Below are positions 1 to 14,413 of a stretch of 64,000 nucleotides of DNA, one piece after another. The translations under genes were made by a program, and so were the position numbers. The notes below the pieces were generated by a model. It had not been told where the DNA came from. It searched no databases and saw nothing but the letters and a program-made list of their open reading frames with translations. This DNA comes from Epiperipatus broadwayi. Taxonomy: Eukaryota > Animalia > Onychophora. Numbering within the stretch: position 1 is the first letter of the stretch; every line of letters starts with the position of its first letter. Location: contig JAQFVV010000003.1 in NCBI GenBank assembly GCA_028023455.1, positions 3,658,001-3,722,000 of the forward strand. The letters run 5' to 3'.

Positions 1-183
1 CTTTTTATTACGGTAATTACCTATCTTTATTATGATTTGTTTTAAATGTAGTTAGTTTTATTTAGATAAGAATCTTTATTAGATAAAAGCTATTTTTTTT
101 AAATAAATTGTGAGGGAATAGAATTACTGTACAGAGCTCAAGTAAACTAAAAAAAAGAATTAGACATCTTGTGATAATTAGTT

Positions 184-185
<2 letters not shown>

Positions 186-215
<30 letters not shown>
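186..215. repeat. Compound (GT)n(AT)n microsatellite
   Basis: Run of GT dinucleotides followed directly by an AT run. Confidence 0.9.
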
Positions 216-559
216 TGGAGATGATCAATCTAGAATTAGCAATTCAATAATGGATTGTGATATTAGTTATCTTCCCTTACAAATTGTAAATGAATTTTTA
301 AAAGTCTTTATTATTTATAAAAAGCTTGATATGCCAACAAAATATCATATGAGTTTTTAAACTTATATTCTACATGCACTAATTCACTATTTACTTCAAA
401 GCGTTTTTATGAGTTTGAATAAACAGTGGCTACTATATTATATTATAATGTCTACTAATTATTCAAGCTTACAATAGATGATTTATTCCTAAGGCTATAT
501 ATATATATCTTGTCATACTTATCGGGATCTTCACATTCATATGTGACTGTTATTAAATA

Positions 560-2830
560 AATGAAGATAAATATTAAAAAAGTAGTTTACACTTTCAATG
601 GAAGTTGAATACCATTGGATTATATTATCTTTTCATCTGAAGTCAAAGCATCTGAAGTTTGTTTAAATGGATTAGTTTAAAACTTGTACAATATAATAAC
701 GTGGTAGTTTAAATTCAGAATGTAAGGTATTAATAGTAGAAAATGAAGAGAAAAACCTTGGAAAGTGTAAAAGAAAGGCATATAGAGATTGTAAAGAGAC
801 TGTTAAGAATCAAATGGGACAAGAGGTGATGAAGATTAAATGGAATAGCTAGTTTAAAAAAAAGTAATTATGTGAATTTAAGAATCCACTAATAAAGGAA
901 ATAACTATATGGAAAAAATGTGAAAGTGTTTGAATATGAAGAGAAATAAGTAAGAAAGAAAAGTGCAGAAAGAAGAAAGTTTGAGAATAGGAAGAACTTG
1001 GAAAAATATTTAATAAATTTGTTATAAAAACTTTCACTGAAATAGATTTGGTAAATTAATGTGATTCATTAGAGAGTTTAATTTATGAATAAATGGATAA
1101 AGTGACAAAATAATAGTTACATCGAAAAAGGGAAAAGCAAAAGGATTAGATAGCATAGCAGTTGAAATGTTACTAGGTATGAGAAGATATATAAGGCTTG
1201 GTTTAAGAAAAAGTTTTATTAAAATTATAATTAACAATAAGAATCTAGATGAATAGAAGATTATGAGAATTAGATTATTAAATCAAAAAAAGAGGAAAGA
1301 TTTTATATTGTTAACTAATTAAGACTGGTACTAATAATTATCATATTTTATACATTATTTAGTTATATTTTAATTGGATTGGATTAAGACTTGGATGGAA
1401 GAAAGTGAAATTTTGAGAGATATTCAGAATGGATTTTGTTAAAGAAGAAAATAATTTATTCATTGCATTTTTAGATATAGAATTGCTTATAATGGGGTGT
1501 ATAGAAATAGATTATTGGAGAAATCTTAAAAATATGGGAATAGACTTAAGGTTATTAAAAATAATCAAGAATAATTTTTATAAATACAAATTGGAGAATA
1601 TAGAATCAGTAATGATAAAATGTGAAATTGGATTGAAACAGGGATTTTCATTATTTATTTTCTGGGATAGGGGAATTCCTATAGTAGGAACCAGGAAAAA
1701 TAAATTAGTATGGCAATTTTTATTTATTTTTTGATGATATGGCATATTTTTCCAACAGTGTAATAGATATACAGTTATTATTAGAAATTTATTTAAACGC
1801 ACATTGATTACGTAAGTAATATTTATTAAGGCTGTAGCCTCAAGCACATACGTATAAAAATGCGATAGTAGGGACCTCTACATGTCTTATTATTAGAGAA
1901 ATATGAAAGAAGTATGAAAACTAAATTCAAATGAGGAAAAAATCAAATATAGTATTCTAACATTTGATAGGAAGAATAAACTAGAAGGTAGAATATGGGA
2001 GATATTTGTCTTGAAGAAATGGAGGAGTTTAAATATATAAGTACTTTTTAAATGGAAAAAATAATTATATAGAAATCAAAAAATAGAATGAGCTTGATTG
2101 AAATTTTAACATGTTTCTCATATATTAAATATGACACATGTAGAATTGTTTGGAAAGGAGCATTGATGATTGTTGCATTAATTAGGGAACTCAGAAATTT
2201 TTAAATAAAATACTAAAAAGAAGTAAATATATTTTGGTTGGTGAATTGTGATCAGTAAATGAGATCATTCAAAATGAAATGGAGTGGATTTCTTTTTTAA
2301 TGAAGGAAATTAAAAATTAAAATTGTTTGAAAGGTTACAATGTATGAATTAAAAATAGTTTAGTAAAAAATGGTGTTCAATTGTATTATATAAAGAGGAT
2401 AACAAATATCTTGGGCAAGAAAATTTTATAATATGCAAATTTAATAAATAGACAATTTATTCCCATGTAATTGTGTAGAGAATATATTAAAAGTTTATAA
2501 TTATAATGAATGAGTAAAGATGATAAATAAGTTGAAGAAAAAGAAATAGAGGTATGGAAATTGAATGTCAATAAAAAATAATAATTTGAAGTTAAATAAA
2601 AATTATGAAAAGATATATGATAACACTAAAGAGAGCTTATTATTTGGTGCAAGAATAAGAGCTTTGGTACCAGAAAAGAAGGCAAAAATGGATTAAACAT
2701 TTGGAATGTGATCTTTATGGGAGAGTATTGAGCTCTTATTTTTGGAGTGTAGCATTCTGAAAGAGGATGAAGAAAGGAAAATGGAACAAATGCATGTTTT
2801 ATCAAAAAAAAAAAAAAAGATTAACTAGGA
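560..2830 (+). mobile_element. Decayed non-LTR retrotransposon (LINE) ORF2/RT remnant
   Basis: ORF 1429-1734 contains NLFIAFLDIE and GLKQG, matching LINE RT motifs (FLDIEKAYD; GLKQGCxLSP). Purine-rich coding-like + strand with many stops and frameshifts; A-run at about 2804-2818. Boundaries approximate. Confidence 0.6.
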
Positions 2831-5800
2831 CTAGAAAAACAATTAACTATTGTAAAAAATAAATAAGTTTATGATTTGAAGGGGATGAGGCATTTAACTG
2901 ACTAATAAGGTTTCTGAGCATATATGTACAGAAATTTCTGACCAAGCTATTTTATATAACACGTAAGTTTAATTGTTTAATATAATAAATTTTGTAATTA
3001 ATTACATATAAATAGAATTTAGTTCATTATGATAGAAGAATATTTTTATAATTTATACATAGTTATTTATTTTATTAAAGTATTTTTTTTTTTTGATATA
3101 TATATTTAAACAGAAAAACCAAGTTTTTGGAAAAGATCACAATGGAAACTTTGGAGAACTGATAAACAAGGTTTCATTTTTTTTTTTTTTTATGTTAATA
3201 AAATATATTTTATTAAATAAATTTTACAATTTATTTTTTTTTATATTTGTATTTTTTTCTCTGGGATTAATTTTAGCTAAACTAAAAAAAAAAAAAATCA
3301 GATTTTTTTTTTTTTTACTACAGAGACTGATCTGTCTGTTTGATATAGATAAAACATTTCATAAAGGAAAAATTATTTATAAAAAAATTGTGGCTAAGTC
3401 AACTAAGATAAAAATAGACGTTTATAGTGTAATACAATATAATGTTGAGATAATGCATTAGATTTGATAAACATAGCCTGTAAAATTGAAATTATATACA
3501 ACCAAACTACACTTAAAAAAGTTTTTATGAAATAGTTGCAACACATCCCATTTCTTGTATTCTTGACCTAGATTCAAAATTGGTGAAAGAAAAAAATTTT
3601 TTCCAAAGTTTTAGTCAACTTAGTTTTTTTTTTTCAACATAGCTAATGCATGTAACTATAAATGCTACCTAACTTCTCTTTCCTTGAGGATAAAATTACG
3701 GAATTAAATCACTCAAAACTTTACCATTTGGAAACTTGCAAGCCTGATGCATAATATCTTTTTCATTGTTCTATTGTGAGAACTGTTAGAAAAGTTTTTG
3801 CGCTATATGTAGACTACTTTATTTTACTTACAAATATGCTTTACTGAAAATTTGTTGTTTTAATAAAATCATTGTTAGTGAAAGGAAAGATAATGTAAGG
3901 ATTTGTTTCTAAATGTATTATTATCTCCTAAATTATCTACACTTCTATTTTTTTTTTAACCTAATTTTTAAGTTTTCATTTATTATAGTCTTTTTTTTCT
4001 ATAGGTTTCTAAATTACATAATTTCACTGCTTTCATCTTTCAAACTATGCCTTTGCCAACATCACTTTTTTATTCACTTTTATTTAACTTATGGGGGGGG
4101 GGGGGGCTGTAATGAAATATCATGTAAGTCAGTTTTTACCCAATTCCCACTCTAGTTGAACTTTTACATATATGCATGTTCCAAATTTGCAAACATTTGA
4201 TCAAAAATGTAATGAAAATATTTAATTTTATATTGCATTTAGTACTCTTTAAAGTATTTCCATGCATCTAAACTTTCATCATTTGTTATTTCTGTAATTT
4301 TATAAAAGTAAATATATATATAAATGGTAAAGAAATACTTTTATTTATATAAATGCACTAAAAAGTAAACAATATCCTGTTATAAATTTTTTAGCAGTGC
4401 TAACCTATTCATCAGATTCCTTGCAACTAATGCACACTGTCTCATATCAATGCCAAATGAGTATTAGTTGCATGTGATCTGATGAATAATTTTTGAAAAC
4501 TGAAGAAAATTTATTTTTTATTTTTAGTACACTTATGTAAATAAATGCATTTCATTATTTTTTGTATGTGTTCTTGAAATGCTTGGGAAGATGCTTCAAA
4601 TTAAGATTAAATCAATTATTTGTTTTGCAGTTGTTTTAGTCTGAGAACCTGGAAAATTGTTGAGATTAAATTTAAATCTCAATAACCGTAAAATATACCC
4701 TTTAGTTTTGGGTTTAGGCAGTCTACTTTATAAAATAATACAATAATTTTATCAAAACTACTAAACTGCTGTTTTTCTTTGCTTCTTCCCTCCATATTCT
4801 CCTTCATGCATCTTTTCATCTTAAAACTATTACATCTCTTCATATATTTTCAGCATGGGTCAGGAGATCACAAATCTCTTCAATCTACATATTGCTTGAA
4901 ATCACTACTAGAAAACACCCATAAGAGATATTAGTTTAGCAAATATAAGGGATTACATTTATTCTTGTATTAGTTTTCACAAAGATATTACTTATGACAC
5001 ATAGTTTTAAATGAGCTTGACTTTTCAAGTTATTCTGCTTATATATTATTTTTTTGTGTGAATAATTTATTTTCTAAGTGGTAATTATGTGATTTTTGAT
5101 GATATCTAAATAAATAATCAATCCAATTACAATTTATTATCGTAATTATGTTCTTGATCTTAATGTAACACTAACAGTGTAATCAGTGTAGACCACTTAC
5201 TCTTTTAAATTTAATATGTGTATGTTTGTAAGTTAGGATATACTGTTTTTTTTTTTTTGGAAATGAATTTTCTTTCAGAATTTTACATATTCTCTAACTT
5301 CTGAACTAATTTCATAATCATAACTTTAAAACTTTTCATACATCATCCTGATTGTACTATGACAAAATTTGAGTATGCTTGAGTTGAAATACTTCAGAGA
5401 TAAAATTAATTAATAAAATTACTAAAAAGTAGATACTATCATGTCATTCAACAACATTTATTAGGTACAATCAAATACATGTGAAAATTCTAAATGATTT
5501 TAATTCAATAGTTAAACCATGATATAAAATGACATCATGTCAAAAAAAGCATTTTCATGAGCATGTATAACAGTGCCAAAATATTAATAAATCATTATCT
5601 AAGTACTGCAATATTTATAAATCCTCTATCTCAAATATCTTACTATAATCCATGGTACAAGAGTGTGTTAATTGTCCGTGGTAAATATATAAATAAATCT
5701 GCAGTAAATTCGTCTCTCAACTCATGAATAGATATGGCTGACAATAAATATATCCTGTAACATCAAATGATAAATGGCTGAATTCTAATAAATATTATTT

Positions 5801-8800
5801 TATAACACAAACACATACATAAAATTTTTGAATTTAACTTCTTAAATCATTCTGTTAGTTCTCAATTAGGATTAATCTCATTGTATACAGTACTGACAAT
5901 AATGTATAAATTATTTCTTCTTTTTTGGATATTAATTAAATTCTTTTTGGTCGGTATTTTTTTTTCTTTTAGCTCTACTGCATTTACATAAGATAGGATT
6001 ACAAGCAGTTTCATATATTTCAAATATCTCTATAACTTATTAAAATTAAATATTCATAATACTTTTACTTTCTATCTAAATAATAGTGTTATTCATTTTG
6101 AAAAATATGTATTTAATGAATATAAATTCATCACAAATGTACATTCCCACATACATATTTATGCACTAATATTAAATAAATTTTATTTTACAAATTAAAA
6201 AAAAAATCTATTTAATTTAATTTTAGTCCTAACTGATTTTTAACATATATATTTCAAAGTAAATTTTTTATTCTATCATTTATCATATTATTTATTATTT
6301 AACAAGATCTTTTCATTTAAATCTTTCAATTTTTTAAAAAATAATTTAGAATTTGTTTATATTTTTTTTATTTTATATTATAATAATACCATAACATTTT
6401 AAAATTACTTCCTAAAATTTGTAAATCTAACATATAAAATAAAATTTATTGTTTCACATAGTAAATTTCTAGATACATATTTCAATTTTATAATTAACAG
6501 AATTTCTTTAAACCACAATTAACTTATTATATAATACTAATAGTTTTGAATTTATCATTCCTTCTCCCCTTTATTAAATCTTCTAATATTTTGAAATATA
6601 TTTTGACTATATAAAAACAATTATAACATGATTATTATAAAGTACAAATATTAAAATATTTAAAATACAAATAAATATTTTTTAACAAAATTAAATTAAT
6701 AAAAAAAGTTAAATTATATTAGTAATATATATATAATTAAATCTTTAAAAAAAAAATTTTCTAACAAAAATTTATAATAAAAGTGGGTCGTGTGAAAGTC
6801 TGAGTTTGAACCCCGCATATATTACATATATAAATGCAGGTTTAAGCCTGTACAGTGTATTAATAAAAGTTTATGTAAAAATATATAAATAATTTAGTTT
6901 TTTTCTTTTAAGTAAATCTTTTCAAATTTGTGATGTAGCTTTCAGTTATGTGTGTAGATGTTTTTAAAGACTTAACCAGTAATGCAAATTTGTTTGAACT
7001 CCAAAGTATTTTAAATATTGTTGATAATGTCTTAATGTTTCTTGCACAAAGTATCACATATTAAAAAAAAATTGCAATATTATTAAGTTTTTGGAACTGT
7101 GATGAATTCTTTTATGTGATTATTGGAAAATAATTTACAAGATACCACTTTAGAATTGAAACAGACAATCAAAGAAAGTTCCTTGGAAGTTTTTATTTAT
7201 TTACTGATGGTTTCTTTTTTGCTTATCAAATATTTTAATTATGATTTAGATTTTTCTGGTACCTCACAGTGACTTGACAAATGTAGTCAAAATTATTTTT
7301 TCTATAATTAACTTTTCTTAGCCATATCCTCCAATGAAAATGCAATAGTTCTCCTATATCTTTTACCATTTGGTTTCAAACCTTACTGAGGATATCTAAA
7401 ACTATGAATAATAACAAACTTTGTAAACATGTTTAACTTATATACATATGCCCAAGATAAAACAATTTAATTTTTAAAAGGTACACATTTGAACATCAAC
7501 AATTATAATTGACAAAAAAAATAGAGTAATGGAGTTTTGAAAAAATTAATATACAGATAATAATAAATCTAGAAAAAATGGACAGAGAACAATTATATGA
7601 CTTTTTGCCTATGCAAGATACTGTTGATTGAGAGATGACTCATGATAACAATCATATATATAGATATGCATGTGAAATTTATGTATTCATATGTATAAGT
7701 TTTTAATTTTTTTATTCAATATTTTTTAAATTGTGGATAAATTTGTTTATAGTATAAGCAAACTTGTCTCTTTCATTAAAACTAAACATTTTAAAAATAT
7801 TAATTTTGTCAATAATTCTTATATAGAAGCAACATGTATATGTGTGCTTTAGTAAAATGAATTTTTTTTTTGTTGATATAATTGATTAATTATTAATTTC
7901 AAAAAATAATTATCTGTAATAGTTAGATCAGAAATTGGTCTATTTTATGCTGTCTGAGATAAAAAGCAATTTTTCTCATCAAAATAGAAAATAAGTTGTT
8001 TTTTTATTTTATTTTTAAATATATGTATGTAAACAAATACATATCTTATTTTTATATTTAAGAAATAGAATACTATGACCAAGTGATAACAGTTGGTTGT
8101 CATTGATAGAAGTTTATTATTCCTTAGCATTTTCTTATTAGAATTTATTTTAGTATCTCACTTTTAAAGCTATGGCATAAATTTGTTTAAATAAATAAAG
8201 TTTGTGTTTTATGATTTTAATCTATTATTTATCTACCACATTTGAATAAATTTGTTTTTAGAGTTCGGGTTCCCCCAAAACCTATTATTCTTTTCAGTTT
8301 TCTGTTGTTCTTATCTTTTCTTCTCCTTTATATAAATATGTACATTTTATACCAAACTTTCAGTTGATTTTTTTTTTCTTTTTTAACTGTTTTCATTAAT
8401 TATTAAATAATTATTTCAAAGAATGATTTAAATTCCTATATTTCTGTTCTATTTTCTTTTTTTATTTATGCCAAAAATTATTATTGCCAAAAATTATAAT
8501 AATTTTTGGGTCCTACTTGTGTTACTTAAAGAATTTTAATCATATTATCATTATCTGTCATTTTCATTTTATTCTTTTCAATTAATTTTTGATTTTCAGT
8601 ATATCTATTTTTAGTTATTAATTTTATGTCTAAATTCATTTTGTCCTTCACCTTGCACTTTATATACTAAACTAACTATCTTTTCACTTACGTGCTTTCT
8701 ATTATGAAGTAAAAACATCTAATTTAACTGGTTTTCAGCTAATTGATTTTTATTCATATGGGAAAAACTTCTAAGTAAGAATTTAATGGTCATTTTAGTT

Positions 8801-9050
8801 TTGAATCCAGTCATTTACTATACAGTACTTCAGATCTAAAACTTTTTTACAAATTAAAGCTTGGTAATGATTGCAATTACAATGAATCAATATATAGGTA
8901 TCTAGGTCATTTTATATAATTAGCAGTATGTAATCAAGAGGGGGGTTCATTTATATAAAATAGTATTTTAGACATTTATTTTAAAAATATTTGTTAATAT
9001 CAGTGACAGTTAAATAAAAAAAAAATGAAAGTTTTATACAAATATTTATA

Positions 9051-10408
9051 AGCATTTATTTTATAGCGCTATGTTTTATAAATTGTAATACATTAAAGAT
9101 CAGCCTTTTCAAGCTGTTGTGCATGCGCTTTTTACGAGTGTTAATAATAAATGAATACTTTCATTCCCAACACAAGATATAGTATTTATGAAAGAATAAA
9201 ATGAATCCACTTATTCTTTCCAACCCAAATGCTTATATATGGGCAAATCTTAAGTACTGGAAATGAAAGCGTGAGGATAGATCATTCACTTTAAATTACT
9301 GTTTACGATGTCTGAATGAATGACGTCGACAAAATTATCTAGAATTTACTAAACGTCACTCTCAAATGAAACTTAAACATATATAAATAAGCATTTATTT
9401 TATAGTGCTATGTTTTATAAATTGTAATACATTAAAGATCAGCCTTTTCAAGCTATTGTGCATGCGCTTTTTACGAGTGTTAATAATAAATGAATACTTT
9501 CATTCCCAACACAAGATATAGTATTTATGAAAGAATAAAATGAATCCACTTATTCTTTCCAACCCAAATGCTTATATATGGGAAAATCTTAAGTGCTGGA
9601 AATGAAAGCGTGAGGATAGACCACTCATTTTAAATTACTGTTTACGATGTCTGAATGAATGAAAGTATTCATTTATTATTAACACTCGTAAAAAGCCCAT
9701 GCACAATAGCTTGAAAAGGCTGATCTTTAATGTATTACAATTTATAAAACATAGCGCTATAAAATAAATGCTTATTTACATATGTTTAAGTTTCATTTGA
9801 GAGTGACATTTAGTAAATTATAGATAATTTCGTCGACTCATTCATTCAGACATCGTAAACAGTAATTTAAAGTGAGTGGTCTATCCTCACGCTTTCATTT
9901 CCAATACTTAAGATTTGCCCATATATAAGCATTTGGGTTGGAAAGAATAAGTGGATTCATTTTATACTTTCATAAATACTATATCTTGTGTTGGGAGTGA
10001 AAGTATTCATTTATTATTAACACTCGTAAAAAGCGCATGCACAATAGCTTGAAAGGCTGAGCTTTAATGTATTACAATTTATAAACATTGCACTATATAA
10101 AAATAAATGCTTATTTACATATGTTTAAGTTTCATTTGAGAGTGACATTTAGTAAATTCTAGATAATTTTGTCGACGTCATTCATTCAGACATCGTAAAC
10201 AGTAATTTAAAGTGAGTGGTCTATCCTCATGCTTTCATTTCCAGTACTTTTGCCCATATATAAGGATTTGAGTTGGCAAGAATAAGTAGATTCATTTTAT
10301 TCTTTCATAAATACTATATCTTATGTTGGGAATGAAAGTATTCATTTATTATTAACACTCGTAAAAAGCGCATGCACAATAGCTTGATATGTCTGACCTT
10401 TAATATAT
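9051..10408. repeat. Array of a 339-bp unit: about 1.8 copies in one orientation followed by about 2.2 copies inverted
   Basis: GCATTTATTT recurs at 9052 and 9391. GAAAGTATTC (reverse complement of part of the unit) recurs at 9661, 9999 and 10334. The orientation switch is at about 9657-9662. Confidence 0.95.
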
Positions 10409-10827
10409 TACAAATATTTATATGTAAATTAAAGAATTTTGCCATTCAAACTCTTTATGGAGAAGAATGGAAAGTAAGATTTTAAATTTACATATAGTTA
10501 ATTTATTGAAGACTAAAATATGAAACTTAATGCAACCAGTTGTTGTAGTTTTAAAGTAATAATCTTGTCATTTGCCTTGTCTCACCAACTGTAAATTGGA
10601 AACACTTAGAATGTTGCATGTAAACAGATATATGTTTTATTTTAAAATGAGAGAGATATAATATTGTCATTATCTGTGTTTTGTTTTTGTAGCTAATAAA
10701 TACATATATACTGTCACATAGGAATTTTTTTTTATATTAAAATAATCTTATAAATAGTTACATGAAAGAGAATAAAATGTTGAATAACTTCTTGTCATTA
10801 TTTATCCACTTTTATAATTTTATTCAG

Positions 10828-10895
10828 ATGTCCCAACAAGTGTTGCTTGGTGGTATGCTAAAGATGAGAGTCAAGTTGCAATCATTGGACATAAG
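10828..10895 (+). CDS. Host gene coding exon A (first exon identified): (D)VPTSVAWWYAKDESQVAIIGHK
   Basis: tttattcag acceptor and AAG|gtaaa donor. Starts with 2 nt completing a split codon, ends phase 0, and joins exon B in frame. Confidence 0.8.
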
Positions 10896-13397
10896 GTAAA
10901 AATATTTATTGTATCTGTCTACACACACACCCATATATATATATATACTGTATATTTATCATGTAAGTAAATTATTTTTATAATTTTGTTCCAAAATAAT
11001 GACTTGCAAAAATAGTGGATTGACGTCTTGTTAAAAAGAAATTTATAAAGGTTTTTCTGAATAACAATAAATGACATTTGTGGCATGTTATGTCATTATA
11101 ATATCTGATTTTGTTTGTTTATTCCTTAATCATCGTGAATCTACTAAGATGAATCAATGTCACATTCTGTGTTTTTGTTATGTTTTTTTTTTTGCGATAT
11201 TTTTAACAATAATTTCCAATTTTTTTCTTACTAAGAAATTCTTTATAATTTACATATAATATTTCTCTTAAATTTATATTTATTTCTATTTAAAAGTAAA
11301 TATTAATGCTTAACTATTTAATATAAATTTAAAAATTATAGTTGTACTTTCTGGTGAATGTAAAATTCATATAAGTATACTAAGATACTTATTTACATTT
11401 TTGAACAAAAAAACAGTTTTTAATGAGTTTGGTTGTGCATATAAAAATTAAAATATAAATTGCATTAATTTTAATAATTTTTCATGGAATGCAGTTTGTG
11501 AAAAGCTGTTTCAATGATCATGTATACAACACTCTTGTTACAATCATTTATATACTGAAATAAAGAATCATAGCTGAAATCAGAAGAATTGACATAAACA
11601 TACTACATCTTTTATAAAAGATGAATGTTGTTTGGATATTTTGCATGATACACATATAAAGTTTAGTGTGCAATTTAATAATTTACACAAACACATGCTC
11701 AAATTATATGGTACTTATTGTAATTTTTTTGCTGAAATCATCATGCAATGGCTTGTTGTACTATAAATTATAAACACAATTTGTTACAGACAAAACCTTA
11801 TAAATTTCGCCACAGGAAATCTAGCTCAATATGGAAGAAATTAATTGGGATTGGTTGTATTATATATTATCATCTTCCATCATCAATATTGAATCTAATT
11901 TTTTAACATTAAACTGCAATATGACTATGCACAACTGTTAACTTTAAGTCTTCAAAAAATAATTTGCATACAAATATGTGCGTATGTGTGATCAGAACAA
12001 GCAAAAATTTTAGAATTGTACATATGAATTTGTTACTTTATCTTTTTCTAACCAAAAAGTAGATCATATACTTATAAGAAGCTACATTTTTATAAATCTA
12101 ATTAATAAATCTAACTAGCATTAATAATCAACATTTAAGTTCATAAATAGGTACAATACTTAAAATGATAGGTCAGTAATTCAATGTTTTTAACTAAAAT
12201 TAGATTATATATAAACTGTGTGAGGTTCATATTATAGTTAAATGTTAAAAGTGATTAAATAAATAATGATGTATTTACCAGTAGTTTGTAAGAAATTTGG
12301 TCCCAGACATGATATTACTGGACCATGATCCATAGACCTTAAGCTGCAGAGTCTCTATTATTGCATCAGATTATGAACATGATGAAAGATGACAATGTTA
12401 TAAAATCTAATACTTTCTAACTAGACTTTTCCATACTGAGTTATAGATTTCCTTTCACAAAATCTGTGGGATTTTGTATTTGCCTAATTATGTTTAATAT
12501 CCATAATAATAGACTAATGCATGATTTTTGATTTACAATGACTGCCATATTATTTGAGCATGTCTTTGTGTTGATTATTGAAAAAAAAATTTTTTTCTAA
12601 ATGGAATTTCATATTAAACATATCTAAATTTAATGAATTATAAAAAAAAAAGAAGAAGTTTTTAGTGAATGTCAAATATTTTCATCTTCTTTAGTGCAAT
12701 AATATTAAATATTTGTTTTGAACTAATGCCTCTGGGAAAATTCCAAAAAAAATGAATACAGTGTTTAATGTCTGAATAAGCTTTGATGATTTATCAAAAA
12801 ATGCTGACTCTGGGGTGTTTTTTTTTTAATATCTTGATTGGCAGTGATTCACTTATTTATTATATAGAGTGCTTCTGGTTTCATGGCTTTTATCTACTTC
12901 ATATTAGTTATATGAAAATAAGATATTTAATATTAAGTACTATTCTTCTGAATAATAAATTTATTATCAAAATTTTATGGCTTGTTCAACATCTTAGCAA
13001 TTTGTGTGTTTATTCTACAATGATTCTGGTAGGCCATCATAATTCATTGTTACATTAAACCTGAATAGGTTTTTGTTATATCTAAAGCTTTTTTTTTAAA
13101 ATATATATATATATATTATGTTTATCCACATTCATAAATTTACATTTGTTTCCAAAAAATTTTATTTTATAAATAAATATTAGTTACATTTTGGTGCATT
13201 GAGATCTAAATAATCAAGATCATCTATAGGCAAACTTGGTATATGGTCTATGTACTACCATACATCTTGAAGAGCTCATATTTATTTACATATTAAGGTT
13301 ATTTGCTATTAATATAATCATAAATTTTTTTTGTTTTTTATATAATTGTTGTTTTTATTTTTTACAAGGTTCTCTAATTTTTTTTCTGCTATTTTAG

Positions 13398-13520
13398 AGT
13401 GGTAAAATAACTTTCGTTAATTTATTGACTAAAGTTGTTCTTCACAGTGTAAGTGTATCCAGTACAATATTAAAACTTCAAATTTTTGAGCCAGAAGGGC
13501 ACGAAGAAACCAACATTATG
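13398..13520 (+). CDS. Host gene coding exon B: SGKITFVNLLTKVVLHSVSVSSTILKLQIFEPEGHEETNIM
   Basis: tttttctgctattttag acceptor and ATG|gtaaa donor; 123 nt open, phase 0/0. Confidence 0.85.
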
Positions 13521-14413
13521 GTAAAATTAATTAATTTATTTATTTATGATTTTATATTTCTGTTTTATAAATAGTTAATTTTAATTTAAGGAATCAAAAG
13601 TTTTTATTTTGTTTTCTACTGCATACAAATATACACACATTATTTCAAATTTATTATTTAAACCAAATATGAACAACTTTTTCCAAGCAACATTGTAAAT
13701 TTGATTACTTTATTAAGCAAAAAGTTTACAAACATCATATTTAGTACAAAATATATCAATAAAAAAATTTCACAAAGATTATTTAATAATACAAAAATAT
13801 ATCAAAAGAAAATTATTTTTAAAGAAAATTTATGTATCTACTATATGAAAAAAAAAAAAAATTACTGTATATATGAACTTTGCTAGAAGCTTTAATTGGA
13901 CATTTTTTTAAGGTAATTATAAAGAGTCCGATGTATATTTAGATTTTCTGCATTTGGTTAATGTAAGAAGGGGTCAGGGATGCATCAGTAAATCTAAAAT
14001 GCTTTTTCAAAACTTCAAATTTGGATTTAAAAATTTTGATAATGGTATAGAGTATGTGAATAATTGATTTATCTTTTGCAAATAAATTAAGACCACTCAA
14101 ATGGTAGTTATATTTATAAAAAATGTAAGATCATTAATTCATTTTCTTCAGCCTAGGGACAAGCTTGTGTTTCATTTTTGAGAAGTTGTTTATCTCTGAG
14201 CCTATAAAAACATTGAAGCATTTTAATACCAGATATCTATACAAATTCAAGTTTTACTGGATAATAATAGTGGGTTGTTTCAAAATTATTGAAAATGGTT
14301 TTAATAAGAAATAAAATTTAAAAAAACTACACTAGTGTATAGCCTTTGATTTTTAAGAATACGATATATTGTCCTCAATTCTTTGTCTTACTACTGCATA
14401 TGCACACACATAT

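Noticed and set aside
3093-4155. ORFs 3093-3461 and 3913-4155, and similar F/I/L/K-rich ORFs at 13701, 37839, 46262 and 63075
   Set aside because: They are translations of poly-T/poly-A tracts in AT-rich introns, with no splice or motif support.
6781-6850. B-box-like GAGTTTGAACCCC suggesting a tRNA or SINE head
   Set aside because: No cloverleaf or clear A-box; too short to call.
4390-7060. Possible upstream host exons at about 4398, 4854, 5650 and 6946
   Set aside because: Each hits a stop before a usable donor or does not end in the phase that exon A requires.
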